Of a DNA stretch of 64,000 bases, positions 47,101 through 59,620 are shown one piece after another. A program made the position numbers and the translations under genes. The stretch comes from Lingula anatina (taxonomy: Eukaryota; Animalia; Brachiopoda), in the NCBI GenBank assembly GCA_051362555.1, contig CM120640.1, forward strand, positions 51,314,788 to 51,378,787. Direction: 5' to 3'. The stretch's first letter is position 1. Every line of letters begins with the position of its first letter. Under the pieces are notes generated by a model. It was given only the letters and a program-made list of their open reading frames with translations. It had not been told where the DNA came from and made no database searches.

Positions 47101-50100
47101 CTCCTCCCCCGATGGTGGCACAATGGAAGATGGAGACTGAAAGAAGAAAGGGTACCTCACATTGTTGCCTTTACTATTGGAGATTATCAAGAACCTTTGT
47201 TCAAACCAAAGTCTTTCTTTAATAGCCTTTATTATTATTTTTTTTTATTTTAAAAGAAACATTCAACTCAGATCTTGAAAACCTTACCTGTCCACCCTGT
47301 TCTTCTTTGGGTGCTTCACTGACTGCTACCTCATACAAAGAGTCTGAAATGATAATAAAACTCACTAAAACATAACCAACACAATATGTACTCAAACTAA
47401 GTGTAGCAAAACGAGTAGCTTTCCATAACAAAATGAAAAAGAGCCCCTTTTCCAAGTCCATAATCTCTACTTGTTATAAGAAACATTTCTAAGTGATCAT
47501 TAAAAACCCCACCAATATGTAATTTCTAATTTGAAAGTAGAACCTAAATTAATCAGTAGAACACAATCATCAGTCATCTCTTTGCATCAAATATTCATTT
47601 AATATTACAACTACTAACAACAGACCAAACACACATGACCCTCCACTAATGACATCTTAGCATCAATCAATACAGGGAATGTCATGTTTTTCCTTTTTAT
47701 TGCAACTATATAAAAAAAATTCCTTGAATTTTGAACATAACTGAAGTTTGATACAAGACAACAATGCACATTTTTTTCAGACAAGGAGAAATAAGCAAGG
47801 TGAATATTTCTTTTTTTGACTGAATACAAAACACCCAGTCAAGACCAGACATTCAAACACCATGTACGATAAAAACAAAACAAAAATATTCACTCCATTC
47901 CATAAAATAACTGACAACGAGGTTAATAAATTGTTCAGGATTTGAATATCAATTCTGGTTGCAGAGGTTAAATACAACATGAATACAAGACTTGACATTT
48001 TCAAAACATAACTGTCTTGTAATTCACAGCATGCATTTGGTGTTCAGCTGAGGAACAATCATTGATTAAGCAGATTTTCATAATTTATCATTAATCCAAC
48101 CCTCAATCCACCATTTTTATACTTCTGTAATTAAAAATCTCCACACCAAATAGTGAGTGATAAGATGCCTTATTCTCATGCAATCAATTTTTTTTACCAC
48201 TATTATCCAAAACCACGAGATCCAGATATATTTTGGTACAAACTACAACAACGAAATCCACATCAACAAGGTTGTGAACACCAAGATATATGTATTACCA
48301 CATCAACAAATACTGAGACAACTACCCCTTCACTTTCTCAACTTCATAGGGTAATAAATGTGTGATTGAAGAGTTTTTTATCAGTTTTTGTTAACCCTGT
48401 ACCACAACCAGTTCTACTATACCTTACAGGATGCAGCGACAGACAATCTACATTGAGGGTTACTAGTCATAATAATGAATACAAGGTTCAATACGTACTT
48501 ACTACACACGTTACCTCCACGCGTCTGACCTGAACAAAGAACAGTCAAGTACATGAAAACTAAAACAAGTGCCTAAAGAGTAACAGAACCAAACACATTT
48601 TAGCATCACAGCTAGTGTCAGTGCACAGGTTTCCACAATTAAACACATGCAAATGGACAAAGTTGAAGACGCACATTATTCTGCACATAAAGCTAACGAC
48701 ATACATGGAAAGGCTTGAAGATTGACAGTGCTAACATTCTTGTTAATCTTGTAACTAAAAACAATATTTTGTAAACACAGTTAACATTTACTAATCTCAT
48801 AAAAAAAATTCATATCAACAAACAGACTGTAACAGATAAATTTCACATTAATTAATTTAAAAAAAAAAAAAGCAAGCATACAGTAACTTATTGGCAGTTG
48901 CATACAGATCTAATCACCATACCTCACCTGCTAACCCAACCAGAGGACAATTACATTTGTCTCAATCCTGGAATACCTGCACTGTCCACTATGATACATT
49001 GGGCTAACCCCAATCAATACATACTTTATGGCCCCAATCAATATTCCCTTAATCTCCCAAAACAGAAGTATGGCACCAGGAACAATTGATGTATTGTAAT
49101 AACATATTGATTACTGCATTCCCTGCTTCACTTTGATAATTAGTGCATACTGAGTAAAGTATAAGCTACAGTTGCTGCCCTTGTAACATTTGATGAATGG
49201 ATGTCAGAGGAAGCTTTTTACCTCACTGTTTGGCTTATGGATTGGCAATTAAAATGTGAAATGCTCTGCCTGCAGATGAATGGTTTTATTATAAAAAAAA
49301 CTAATGCAAAACTGAAAATGTATATGAGACATGGAGTAATGGATCATGACATGGTACTTTGAAACAATATTACTAGATTCAAGGTTTACAGTCAACTTAT
49401 GATCATCTTTCATTTCATACATGTGTGCAAATGAACAAATATATACTTATCTATAACTAGAGACATTTCCAAAATGTATGTTTTTATGCAAATCCTTATC
49501 TGTCACTCATGCTTGACAAAAAGGAGACAGCAGAGGAATTTAAACAGCATTGGCATTATGATAGCTATTTTGTAAATACCTTCTTTTTCTCAATAATATT
49601 AGAAGATATGACATGACAGGCAAAATCAAGAAGAAAAAAGATTTTGTCATGAAACTACAAACTACCTGACATTCTGCACTATGACCTTCTGGAAGGCTTA
49701 CTTCATTCCTAACAATCATGGGTTCCTGTTTGCTCGCAGGTGAGGAAATATGGGCATGTAATATCCATTGAATAAACATGAATAGAATCACTGAATTCCA
49801 AAGCTAATTCTTGCTATAACAGTGTGCTTGACAATCTAAGTGTTTATTTTAAACCACGCAGAGGGAGGTCATGGAAGTTGGGCCAAGTACAAACATACTT
49901 AAATTGCTTAGCTCAGAGAAAATGCACCTATTTCAAACATTATTTGTTTTAGTACTTTCTGCATGTGGTAGGTTGCTTTACCCCCCCTGCAGCTGCTGAA
50001 GGAATGAAAAATTAATTTAGAGTGTATAAAAAGTATGCTTCAAATGGGACTTAAAAACCTATTACAATTCCCTAATAATCCCATTGCAACCTATATACTT

Positions 50101-53100
50101 TCCCAAATGATGTCAGTGATTATATGGGTATGGCGTACATATATAGAAAATACACTGGTATTGTCAAGGGATTTAATATTCATCTTACCATAATCCACAT
50201 AAAAAAAAACAGACCCACGTAAAAAAATACATTCATGTAACAAAAAATACTGTAACACAGTCTAAACGCCTATCCACAGAGAACTTTTAAAACTATTACT
50301 TTTAAACCTAACTATAATAATATACTCTTTTTACCTGTGTCATCAACATGGAAGCTTTCTCTGCATAAATCTGGTGGCAGGACATGTTTGACTCTTGTGG
50401 GAGACAAGGAGCCACCTGAACTAGATGGTGGGGATGACTGAAACAGATGAAGTGTAATTTTAAGTGTAATTCTGGTTTAATTATCATAACATAAGAGATT
50501 TAATTTTCCTCTCCCCCCCCTTTTTTAATTACCATAAAAAATGAGAAAGATGGTCAATGGAAGTCAAACAGATGTTGTTTAAATTCAAAATCCAAAAGAT
50601 TTAATAAACCTTTAGTGATAATAATCACCAAGTTTGGAAAAAAATGTTTAAGCCCTTGTCACAACATCATTAGGCTGTTTTATAAATATTTTGTTCCAAA
50701 GTTAATGATAATTATCGTTGGAACCACAAACGATCAAATAGATAAACTCCAAGGATTTATATTATTCCACAATCTTTAAAATGATATCAAAGTAATCAAC
50801 TTAAAATTAACTGTTGAATACTTCTACTCACATTACAACACATACAGTAAAAAAGAATTTTAAAAACACTAATTTAAAGGTGATGGGTTTTGGAGTTTTC
50901 ACAACAATACAAAACTAATCATAGGCTAAATAATATCTTACAATATCCAAAACACACTACAACTGCTACCAAAAATAACTCTCTAACAAAGCACTTCAGC
51001 TTATGCACTAAACAAAATAATCAAAATTCCCAAGGACATATAAGTATCAGTTTTATCACTCAAAACAGTATATCTCTGCTATCAGGGCAACAAAAGACAA
51101 ATCTTCACTAAAGCTCCACTCCTCATAATACATGTATGTACCTCAAGACATCTCTGGCACATCAAAAATACCTCCATATCCAAACGGCAGGGGGTGATTT
51201 CTAAGAAGGCGCATTCAAAAGAAGATACTTTTTTAACCCAAGATATTGTAAATCATCATGCAATTAATCAGACCTTAACACTGCACAACAGTTATCTTGC
51301 AAAATGTTTGTTATGCATGTACCGAACTTTTTGAAAGAAATAAAATTGTGATTACAAACAGAAAATAAGATGTCACAGTGTTGTTTCTTACCACAGAGGC
51401 CAGGTTCCTTAGAATGATGAGTTTTACATGACCTGGCTTCAATGCACCAAATATAGAATAGGCTTCCTTAAGGCTAACATTGGTCAGATTGTACTCATTC
51501 ACCTGAAGAATTTGGTCACCATTCCTGGAAGTGTTAGCACTCAAAAACTTAAATGTAGCACATTTAACTATTTTTATACTTACAAAAATTGACTATTTCT
51601 TTTATCATCTAAATCAAGTTACTATTTCAATCACTAACACCATTGCACATCTTATTATATGCAATACCGATAATAGTAACCAATACAAGCATTGGTATAT
51701 TTTTATTGCTTAACAAATCTGTTTATAAAAGACAACTTTTTTTCTAAATATGCCCTTAAAGTAGCTTTACCTCAACCTTCCATCCAAGTCAGCTGGAGAA
51801 TGAGGAGCAAGATCCTCAATAAATATTCCTCTCTGATCCTCCATTAATGATCTACAAACAACACCAATTCCCAAACCTATGCCTTGTTCTTGAAAATATA
51901 AGAATCATACATAATAATTAGATTCACCTTTTGTCATAGTTCAAATAACTAAGCTACTATTAGTTTCCATCAAATAACTAAGCTACTATTAGTTTCCATC
52001 TCTTAATGTTCAACAGTATGACAAATAAAATCAAATGTATATTGATTATATTTGAAGCAGAGAAAAGTACACATTTTGCTAATGAGAGATGTATGAATGA
52101 CTGAGTGTGGTTATCTTTGATACCAATGGTCAAAGGCAGCATAAAATGGGGAAGAGTTAAAGCAAAAATTCTGCAAAAGCAATTATTTGTAATTCTGAGC
52201 GTCACCCACTGAACAGAAAATGATGCATATTTTAGATGAGAAAAATCCCATCACCCCATATACCTTTATATAAAGTGACCTCTTTGATAGGCTCATTTTC
52301 ATTTTCTTCACCCTCTGCTGCCAGAGCAGATGCCCCACTCATCAAAGCCATCTTGTTGGTGATGTCCATAGGTGGAAGACTGAGCTTTGAGAAACTCAGA
52401 GACCTGCGGTCTGACTTTGGACTGAATATAAAACATAGTAAAAAATTATATAGTATACAACAGCAAGGAAGACATATACGAGGTACTATAATGTACCTAT
52501 TCAAACCCTGCCACTTACTAATGCATCCTTTGCATGACCCAAACCTATCACCCCATTACCTAATTTGTAAAAGTATCATAGGTTATCTTACAGCACTTCC
52601 AACACGTCTGTATGATCTCTAGACTTTTTCAACTTCTTAAAAAAAGACTTCAGTCTCCCCATGCCTGCTCTACTATCCAGACAAACCATATGTGTGCACT
52701 CTTTATGTGTCAGTTGCTGCACAATCATGCAGGCTTAACTTACAAAACAAACAAAACAAGAAAATACAGCAACTCATAGCAATACCAAAATATTTCTATT
52801 ATTTTCATTTCTGATTGAACAGATCCTTGAAGCAAAATGAAGCTCATATTTATACAAGGAAATCAAAATGAATACAGGTATTTATTGTTTGTATGTGAAA
52901 GCTTTATAGAAATCCTAAATTTGAATGATGTAACATCATGCCCAGATAATCACTGTATCAATATTCCAGGCTTCAGTAAGTCATTATCTGGGCAGTGCTA
53001 CTGGAAAAGTTAAATAGCATTGGGTATGTGAACAAACAGCTCCAAATATGATACTCTCATATTACTGTTAACTTAAATTATTTCTTTCATCCACACCTTA

Positions 53101-53513
53101 TAGTAAAAGCACTTTTCCACAAGTATCACTAGAGCCCTCCATCTCAATAAAGAAAAAAGTATTCAAACATGAACCATATGAAATTACTTTAAGGACCATT
53201 GTTTCTCTTATGAATGATACATCAAATTTAAGAAAAGTTTAATATACAGTTGAAAGATGGCAGTTAAAGATAAAACTGGAGATTTAGTTAATATCTTTCA
53301 AAGATAATATTGATTCTATACCTTGTATCTGGACTGAAGATTCTGCTTTTAACAACGAGTGACACTTCTCCTTTCTTCAGCTGTTTAAAGGTGGTAATGG
53401 CTTCACTGTGTGTCAAACCTTGCATAGACTGGCCATTCACATCTAAGATTTCATCACCTGGTGAGTGAGTTCATAATGATGCTGTGTTAGTTCTACATGG
53501 CTGAGTTTTTATT

Positions 53514-53544
<31 letters not shown>

Positions 53545-54884
53545 TTTTATTAACGTCTCACGTTTTAAATAAATAAAACCCACCCTACTAAGAGTTGTGA
53601 GAGACTAAAACCTGTGCTATTATAATGGTTGAAATGTTCCTCATCCTAAAATCAATTGGTTTACTGACAAAAACTGAGTTTTGCCTCTTCTTGTACTATT
53701 ATCTTCTATATTAGAGTAAAAATATACTCCCACTTCATGAAAAAATGATATGCACTATACAAACAAGCCCAATCCTTCAAAAGCTGGTCTCCATACTTTT
53801 ATCAAATATTTATTACCTGGTTGCAACCTTCCATCTTCTGCAGCTAGACCATTTGGAAAAATGGTTTTAACGTAAATCCCCATCCTTCCCTTTGCAGAAT
53901 CTTCTCCTCCCACGATGCTGAAGCCTAGGCCCTTTCCTCCAGCACCTTTTACCAGAGTTACTTTTCGAGGAGAGGACATTTTGGGGCTTTTTGTCATTTT
54001 GGGGCTCTTGTTGCCAAGAAGGGAAGATCGTGAGTTTTCCCTGCTGGGGGTTACCTAAAAATACAATAAGCAGTCACCTTGATAACTGAAAAATGATAGG
54101 ATACAAGGCAACTGAAATTAAATATCATAATTACGTCAATATCCTACTTCCGACGCATGCAAGCAGTTAACACACATACACAAAATTGTAGTGATGACAC
54201 AATGATAATAGAGAGATATCTTTTAAATCCGTTGTTTTTAAAAATTTTCTCAGCAATTAACCTAGAGATTTATCACCAAAAAAACTACAGACTTAAACAC
54301 TCCTCAACAATAAAACTTTCACTTATCTAGGAATGAATTTTAGAAATATCCGCTCTGTCTTTTTCTATTTCTTAACCATATATATACCTGGTGTTTACTT
54401 GCGTCTGGCAACAGAGCAGTTGTAGGGCTTGGCTCTTGTGGAGTTTTCACCTCCAAGGAGGCTGATGAGGCTGTGCTCGTATCTGAAGCATTACGACTGT
54501 GTTTGCCCTAAAACATTCCCATTAAAACATTGTTCATTTTCAATGATCAATCATGAGAAAGAAACCTACAAGTAATCAATTCATTTCACTCATTCAATAA
54601 AATTAACAGAACATGATTAACTGAAAGCAACCCCAACAAAAACATTAATTTAGGTGTTCAGGCCTGTAGCCGAAGGGGGAGGGGGGGGGTTAGAAAGAAC
54701 TGCCCTTTTTGCCAGGAAAAGGTCCATTTGGGTAAAATTTGATCTAAGTTCACAGAGGCTTCATTGTAAAAGGTCCACTTTTTTAGAAAAAGAACCACTC
54801 CTTAGAATTTGCTGGCTGCTGGCCTGGTGTTTTTTTTTTTTTTTTTTTTTTTTGTTATCAACAAAAATAGACTTGAGTTCATTG

Positions 54885-54946
<62 letters not shown>

Positions 54947-57900
54947 TCACTCTTGCTGCTATCACTAAGTCCACAACTTTAGGTGCTTCCTTGATAATAT
55001 TTACTGCTTCTTGGTGTGTTTTTCCGATTAATTTTTTACCATTGACCACCAACAGCTCATCCCCTTTTCTCAGTCTTCCATCCCTGACAGAAAAGAAAAA
55101 TTCAATCTAATAGTCATCAGATATCACATAAACACTGCCCTATGTAACATCCAGATTAGTAGGGAATTAAAAGAAAAACTGAATCAAAGTGACTATGCAA
55201 CAATTAAATTACTTGTATGTTAAATGAATCTGCAAATTTTTTTTCTTTTTTTTTATGAACCACAACCAAAGGATATGATGCAAATACCTTGAAATATTAC
55301 TTGCATTCAAATTACTTGCATGTGAATTAAACCACTAATAACGGTACAAAATATGTTAACATCTTAAAGGAAATGGCCATATATAAATAACTGATGTCAT
55401 ACTAACAACATATTTACACATTTGTGTCAAATGCCAGACCTTCACTTCATCAGAAAATGTTATACCATAACATAAACTGTACACACTACTGGAACGAGTA
55501 TGTAAACAATATCAGACCAAAGAAAACAGATTACCTCCTTGCCTCACCTCACCTTCTCTTTTTTAACATTTCCCTTCTTCATATAAAAATGAGAGACTTT
55601 GACAACCTCTTGTTTTCAATTTAAAATGAAAATGCTCCGTATTCTGCAAATGTGCCCCCTCTAATTTTTCGGTTAGGCTAACATTTCAAACTGTTAACTT
55701 AAAACCACCAGTCCCAAATAGTTCAGAGTAAAATTTCAATTCACTGAAATCACTGACCCATGATTCTGGCAACAGGAGGGAAAAGTAAACCCATTATCCT
55801 GCTGAAATGTTATGTGATTGTGCAGATTTCCATCTATGTTTACAGTCGGCTTTATTAGAAGCTATTGTTAGAACAGAAATTGCAACAGATCAGCTTTATA
55901 TTATAAAAGTAATAATGCCACCCTACACCCTTCCGTCCAAGGACAAATATAGGTTGGTCATTGGGAGTGCTGGCCAGTGGGATTAACACACTGGCTCCGT
56001 TTGTTCCTGTGAGATGTCTATTTAGAATGGCATTAAAGTTCTATTTCTACTCTTCTTGAGATGCGTGGGATGAGCTTAAAGATTTAGTCTCTCTATTCCA
56101 ATTTTAATCCTATTTCAATTTGTACAATAAAAATGTTCATATATCACACCTAAGTTGAATTTTTAGGATTGGTTTGTGTTCACAGGACATAATGTGCAGA
56201 AATATTTGTGTAATGCAACACTATTGTACAGTACTTCTACTTATAATCTCAAAAAAAGTGACGCACATAATATGGTGATAGGAGAAATCAGACAGCTGTA
56301 GGTATCTGGTTCTTTCCTTTAAAAGAGTTCAGATCTTCAAGCAAACAAAAAAATCTTAAAGAAGAAAATCATACAAATAATCTGGAATGTCTGTGTATTG
56401 ATTTTAAAGAAAAGTGATTTGTCCTGTTCTTTGTTGATGCACAATACAATTATTTCTGTCTCAATTCATGCTATATGCAATATCAAATTTCGCACATATT
56501 TCTTTGGTAAATTGAAATGAAATCACTTAATCAAGAAAAAAATCTCACTTGTCTGCTGGTCTGCCTTTATCTATGCCTGCTACAAATATGCCTATGTCTC
56601 CTCTTTTGGAACCCTTGCCACCAGCTATCTGCAATCCCAAGCCAGTATCATCCTTCACCAACTGGAGCCCAACAACCTTCTTCCTCTGAAAAAAAAAATC
56701 ATAGGTACCGATTTACATATATCACATCAAACAATCATTATTTCTCTGGTAAATGTTTTAATGCCTTTGTATTCATATCTTAAACCTGATCAGGAGTCTG
56801 TTGACCTGCCATTTTAGATACTGAATATTATATTAGAAATGACATGCCATATCTGCCAGATTTTAGGGGTGCCATTGGTAGCAGAGGACTGAAAAACAAA
56901 GCTAATGATATCACATCTACACTCAAATATCTTCTGTAAAATCTAAAACATAGGGAACCATGATGGAAACGCACTTATCGTATTTTTTATCTAAATCACT
57001 GAACTCTCATGATTTTTATTACTATTAAGTCTCTTATGCAATAACACTGTCATCACATTACAGCAACATTGCAGTGCTTTTTCCAAAGCCCTAAGAAAGA
57101 TGAAACAAAAAAAATGCCCAGTACATACCATCTTCGATCTAAGAAATGTTAAGCCTACACAATTCACATACTTTTCTGACCACCTTCCTGACCAGTCAAT
57201 GTCTGCTGGTCACAGATACACCTTTTTCAGAGTGAAGTCATGTGTATCTTGTGGTGGTATAGGCCACAACAACTATTCCTTACAACACAAGGAGAGCAGA
57301 TTGACAGGTAAAGAAAAGAATATGGTGTTGATAATGCACTGCTGAATGTATTAAATATATCAAAACAAACAGATTTCCATTGGCTGGTGCATTTCTTTCT
57401 TTCAAAAGGACCCAATGTTGTTGTGAAAGGCACTATGCTGTACATTCCCTGCAACAATCTGTCATAACAAATAATAATTTGACAGCATAAGTATGCCTCA
57501 CTTTGCTTCTGCCTTTGATTTCTATTTGTATAAGCACTGAATGCCTCATAATTCATGCTACAAGGGTTCCATTTCTCATTATGCTCTAAAATACTCCTTT
57601 TGTAATAAGACTTACATTAAATCTGCCCTGGTAAACCACAAACATGAAAAAATCCTGATATTCTGATAAAATTAATTTATCCTTTTATGCAGTGTATGTA
57701 TATGGTATGCATGTATGTATGTGTGTGTGTGTGTGTATTTGGTGTGTACGTACGTGTGTGTATGTGTGCATATGTGTGTGTAAGTGTGCATGCATGCATG
57801 CATGCGATTTAATCATAGCAAGACCAGACATGATTGTATTTTCTGTGATACCATGCAATAATGTCAAACAATCCTTTCTCAATAACCATTTATAGCAAAT

Positions 57901-58422
57901 GAGAAAAAAATCTTCGTAAGGTATTAATGTTAAACTGATCAGTCCTTTTTCGTAAACAAAATATAAGCAATGAAAATTTGTTTCAACATTCCACAATCTG
58001 AAAATAAAAATATATCACCCCATAAAAGAAATAAGAGCCAAAACAAAATGACAGATATTGCTTGTAAACAAAACTAAATTTCAAATTACTACTGTCCTTA
58101 AAATAATTACATTACTTTCTATGACTTTGAAAATTAAAATCAGTAAGGAAGCATAGGACACTTTCAGAACAGCAGACTTACTAGTCCACAAATCAGATAT
58201 GGCTGACCCACTTGAATGCTTGTTGCGTAATTCTGTGTCTATTGTTAATTCAGTGTCTGTTGGGAGATTAGACAATAAGCTATACGTGGGTTGTCATATG
58301 TGCTCCATGGACCAGTTAGCTTGCTGTTCTGAATGGGGCCATAATATGTCATTTTAAGGAAGGAAAAGTAACAATTAGTAATTTAACTGTGATTGTTCTG
58401 AGTTTTATTTTATTTTATTTTT

Positions 58423-58453
<31 letters not shown>

Positions 58454-59620
58454 TTTTTTGCCATAAGCAGGTGGCATCAGGTGGTCAAAGCTGTTAGAAA
58501 GGCATGTTAAGGTCTACTTAGAATCACAATTTGACCGAGGTTCCATGCCATATCTCATGTTAGGTTGATTATGAGGGTAAAAAGGTCTACCTTAAAGTTT
58601 TCAGAAAATCTCTCCCTTAAGTTGCTAATTAACAACAGGTCTAAGGAAGTTTAAAATAGTGACAGCAAATGATGCGAAACTACATGGATTAAGCTGTGCA
58701 TTATCTTTAGCTTTATATCTATCTACCTTTCAGTGACATTTTATAATGATAAAGTTGAGGTCATAATCCTGACAATTACACATTTATTATCTCTCTGTCA
58801 AGCCATGTCTTAAGGAAAAATTCAGTATAGCTCATGTTATGTTAATTGGTGTAAATATAGTCACAGGCCCAATTGGATAAAAGAAAAGAAGTTTCCATCA
58901 AATTCTACACAGGTCAAATCTATTTTAAAATGTACTATAATTACCTTGGCACTTAGCGTTCTTCCCAATCCTTCTGGCAAAGTTTCTAGATCTAAATTTG
59001 GCTCCAACAGCAATGCATTTCTGTTTATGTCTCTAGTCCTTTCCTTGGCATGGTGTCTCATTGTACAGGGTATTTCTTTCTGTTTTGGGCTAGGTGTAGA
59101 ATTGTCACTCATTTGACTGGCCTCCAGGTGCTTACTTTCTGTGGTATCTTGTCTTTTTAGTCTTGGAGGTTTAGATCTACTTTTTGTCAAACCCTGAGAT
59201 TTTTTGGGAGTGACAGCTGCATCAGTCTTCAAGGGCTCTTTCAAGAATCCCCCTGGATCCTCAGTACAAACTGTGTTCACTTTAGCACCTAGTTCTGTAT
59301 TAGGGAAATGTTTGGAACTGTGACTAACATCCTGCATATTTGAAACAGACACATTCTTAGATTTGCCATCTTTTGATCTATCCCTGGAAGACTTTCTTAT
59401 ACTATGTTTTTCTGTTTCACTGCTACCTTCAAGTTTTGGATTAGCATCAGAATCTATGCTCTCAATGTCATCTCTTTTTCCACTATGATCTTCTGTTTGA
59501 GGACTTGCAGTTTCTGGATGGCCTTCAATGTCAGATACATTGGGAGATTTTAAAGTCTTCTTTGGTCGTCTTACAACCATCATCACTCGTCCTGACCTTA
59601 CAGCACTGTTGAGAAACCAT
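34980..59620 (-). CDS. Large multi-PDZ protein of the PDZD2 / pro-interleukin-16 / Drosophila big bang family; 3' part (~2860 codons), upstream exons not found in window
   Basis: join complement(58945..59620, 56549..56685, 54951..55083, 54388..54507, 53817..54054, 53322..53457, 52264..52421, 51771..51888, 51392..51524, 50335..50437, [48515..48529], 47288..47343, 45829..47136, 42546..45336, 39904..40006, 38961..39094, 36943..38666, 36415..36634, 35713..35844, 34980..35134); all phases chain. [51 protein letters not shown] matches the PDZD2/neuronal IL-16 PDZ. C-terminal [27 protein letters not shown]...[13 protein letters not shown] matches the IL-16/PDZD2 last PDZ. Confidence 0.9.
35713..35844 (-). 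CDS. Multi-PDZ gene exon (terminal PDZ first half)
   Basis: [43 protein letters not shown]|gtacaa. Confidence 0.93.
36415..36634 (-). CDS. Multi-PDZ gene exon (PDZ-G second half)
   Basis: [28 protein letters not shown]...LVLVLSR. Confidence 0.9.
36943..38666 (-). CDS. Multi-PDZ gene 1724-nt exon (S/P-rich region + start of PDZ-G)
   Basis: ORF 36907..38631; ends [16 protein letters not shown]...[18 protein letters not shown]...GLL|gtgagt. Confidence 0.88.
38961..39094 (-). CDS. Multi-PDZ gene exon (PDZ-F second half)
   Basis: [37 protein letters not shown]|gtatgt. Confidence 0.87.
39904..40006 (-). CDS. Multi-PDZ gene exon (PDZ-F first half)
   Basis: [34 protein letters not shown]|gtgagt. 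Confidence 0.87.
42546..45336 (-). CDS. Multi-PDZ gene 2791-nt exon (end of PDZ-E + long acidic disordered region)
   Basis: ORF 42532..45312 extended to acceptor taacag at 45337; donor aaag|gtaaca. Confidence 0.88.
45829..47136 (-). CDS. Multi-PDZ gene 1308-nt exon (PDZ-D and first half of PDZ-E)
   Basis: ORF 45793..47190; EKLGMGL...[14 protein letters not shown]...GDEILQVNG; [12 protein letters not shown]. Confidence 0.9.
47288..47343 (-). CDS. Multi-PDZ gene exon (linker)
   Basis: catttcag|[19 protein letters not shown]|gtaagg; phase 1/0. Confidence 0.75.
48515..48529 (-). CDS. Candidate 15-nt symmetric microexon of the multi-PDZ gene
   Basis: cttgactgttctttgttcag|GTCAGACGCGTGGAG|gtaacg; phase 1/1, frame-preserving (GQTRG). 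Confidence 0.5.
50335..50437 (-). CDS. Multi-PDZ gene exon (linker)
   Basis: tgtttcag|[34 protein letters not shown]|gtaaaa; phase 0/1 is what the chain needs. Confidence 0.72.
51392..51524 (-). CDS. Multi-PDZ gene exon (PDZ-C second half)
   Basis: [39 protein letters not shown]|gtaaga. Confidence 0.9.
51771..51888 (-). CDS. Multi-PDZ gene exon (PDZ-C first half)
   Basis: [38 protein letters not shown]|gtaaag. Confidence 0.88.
51942..52000. repeat. 29-bp perfect tandem duplication
   Basis: caaataactaagctactattagtttccat x2. Confidence 0.9.
52264..52421 (-). CDS. Multi-PDZ gene exon
   Basis: [12 protein letters not shown]...[10 protein letters not shown]|gtatat. Confidence 0.82.
53322..53457 (-). 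CDS. Multi-PDZ gene exon (PDZ-B second half)
   Basis: [39 protein letters not shown]. Confidence 0.92.
53817..54054 (-). CDS. Multi-PDZ gene exon (PDZ-B first half)
   Basis: VTPSRENSR...[20 protein letters not shown]...DGRLQP|gtaata. Confidence 0.92.
54388..54507 (-). CDS. Multi-PDZ gene exon (linker)
   Basis: gttttag|[40 protein letters not shown]|gtatat; 120 nt, phase 0/0. Confidence 0.72.
54659..54826. mobile_element. Short non-autonomous DNA element (hAT-like CAGG...CCTG ends)
   Basis: caggcctgtagcc ... ggctgctggcctg imperfect TIRs; internal repeat aaaaggtcca x2; no clear TSD. Confidence 0.5.
54887..54945. repeat. (TA)n microsatellite immediately after a donor site
   Basis: Direct reading. 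Confidence 0.95.
54951..55083 (-). CDS. Multi-PDZ gene exon (PDZ-A second half)
   Basis: [44 protein letters not shown]|gtgagt. Confidence 0.9.
56549..56685 (-). CDS. Multi-PDZ gene exon (PDZ-A first half)
   Basis: [45 protein letters not shown]|gtgaga. Confidence 0.9.
57692..57804. repeat. Degenerate (TG/TA)n run ending in (TGCA)n
   Basis: gtgtatgtat...gtgtgcatgcatgcatgcatgc. Confidence 0.8.
58945..59620 (-). CDS. Multi-PDZ gene exon (end of a PDZ + disordered linker)
   Basis: tttttcag|a [18 protein letters not shown]...RTLSAK|gtaatt; ORF 58861..59586. Confidence 0.82.

Noticed and set aside
55950-56050. tRNA/SINE-like A-box (ggccagtgggattaacacac)
   Set aside because: No B-box or cloverleaf; at most a degraded SINE fragment, not a tRNA.
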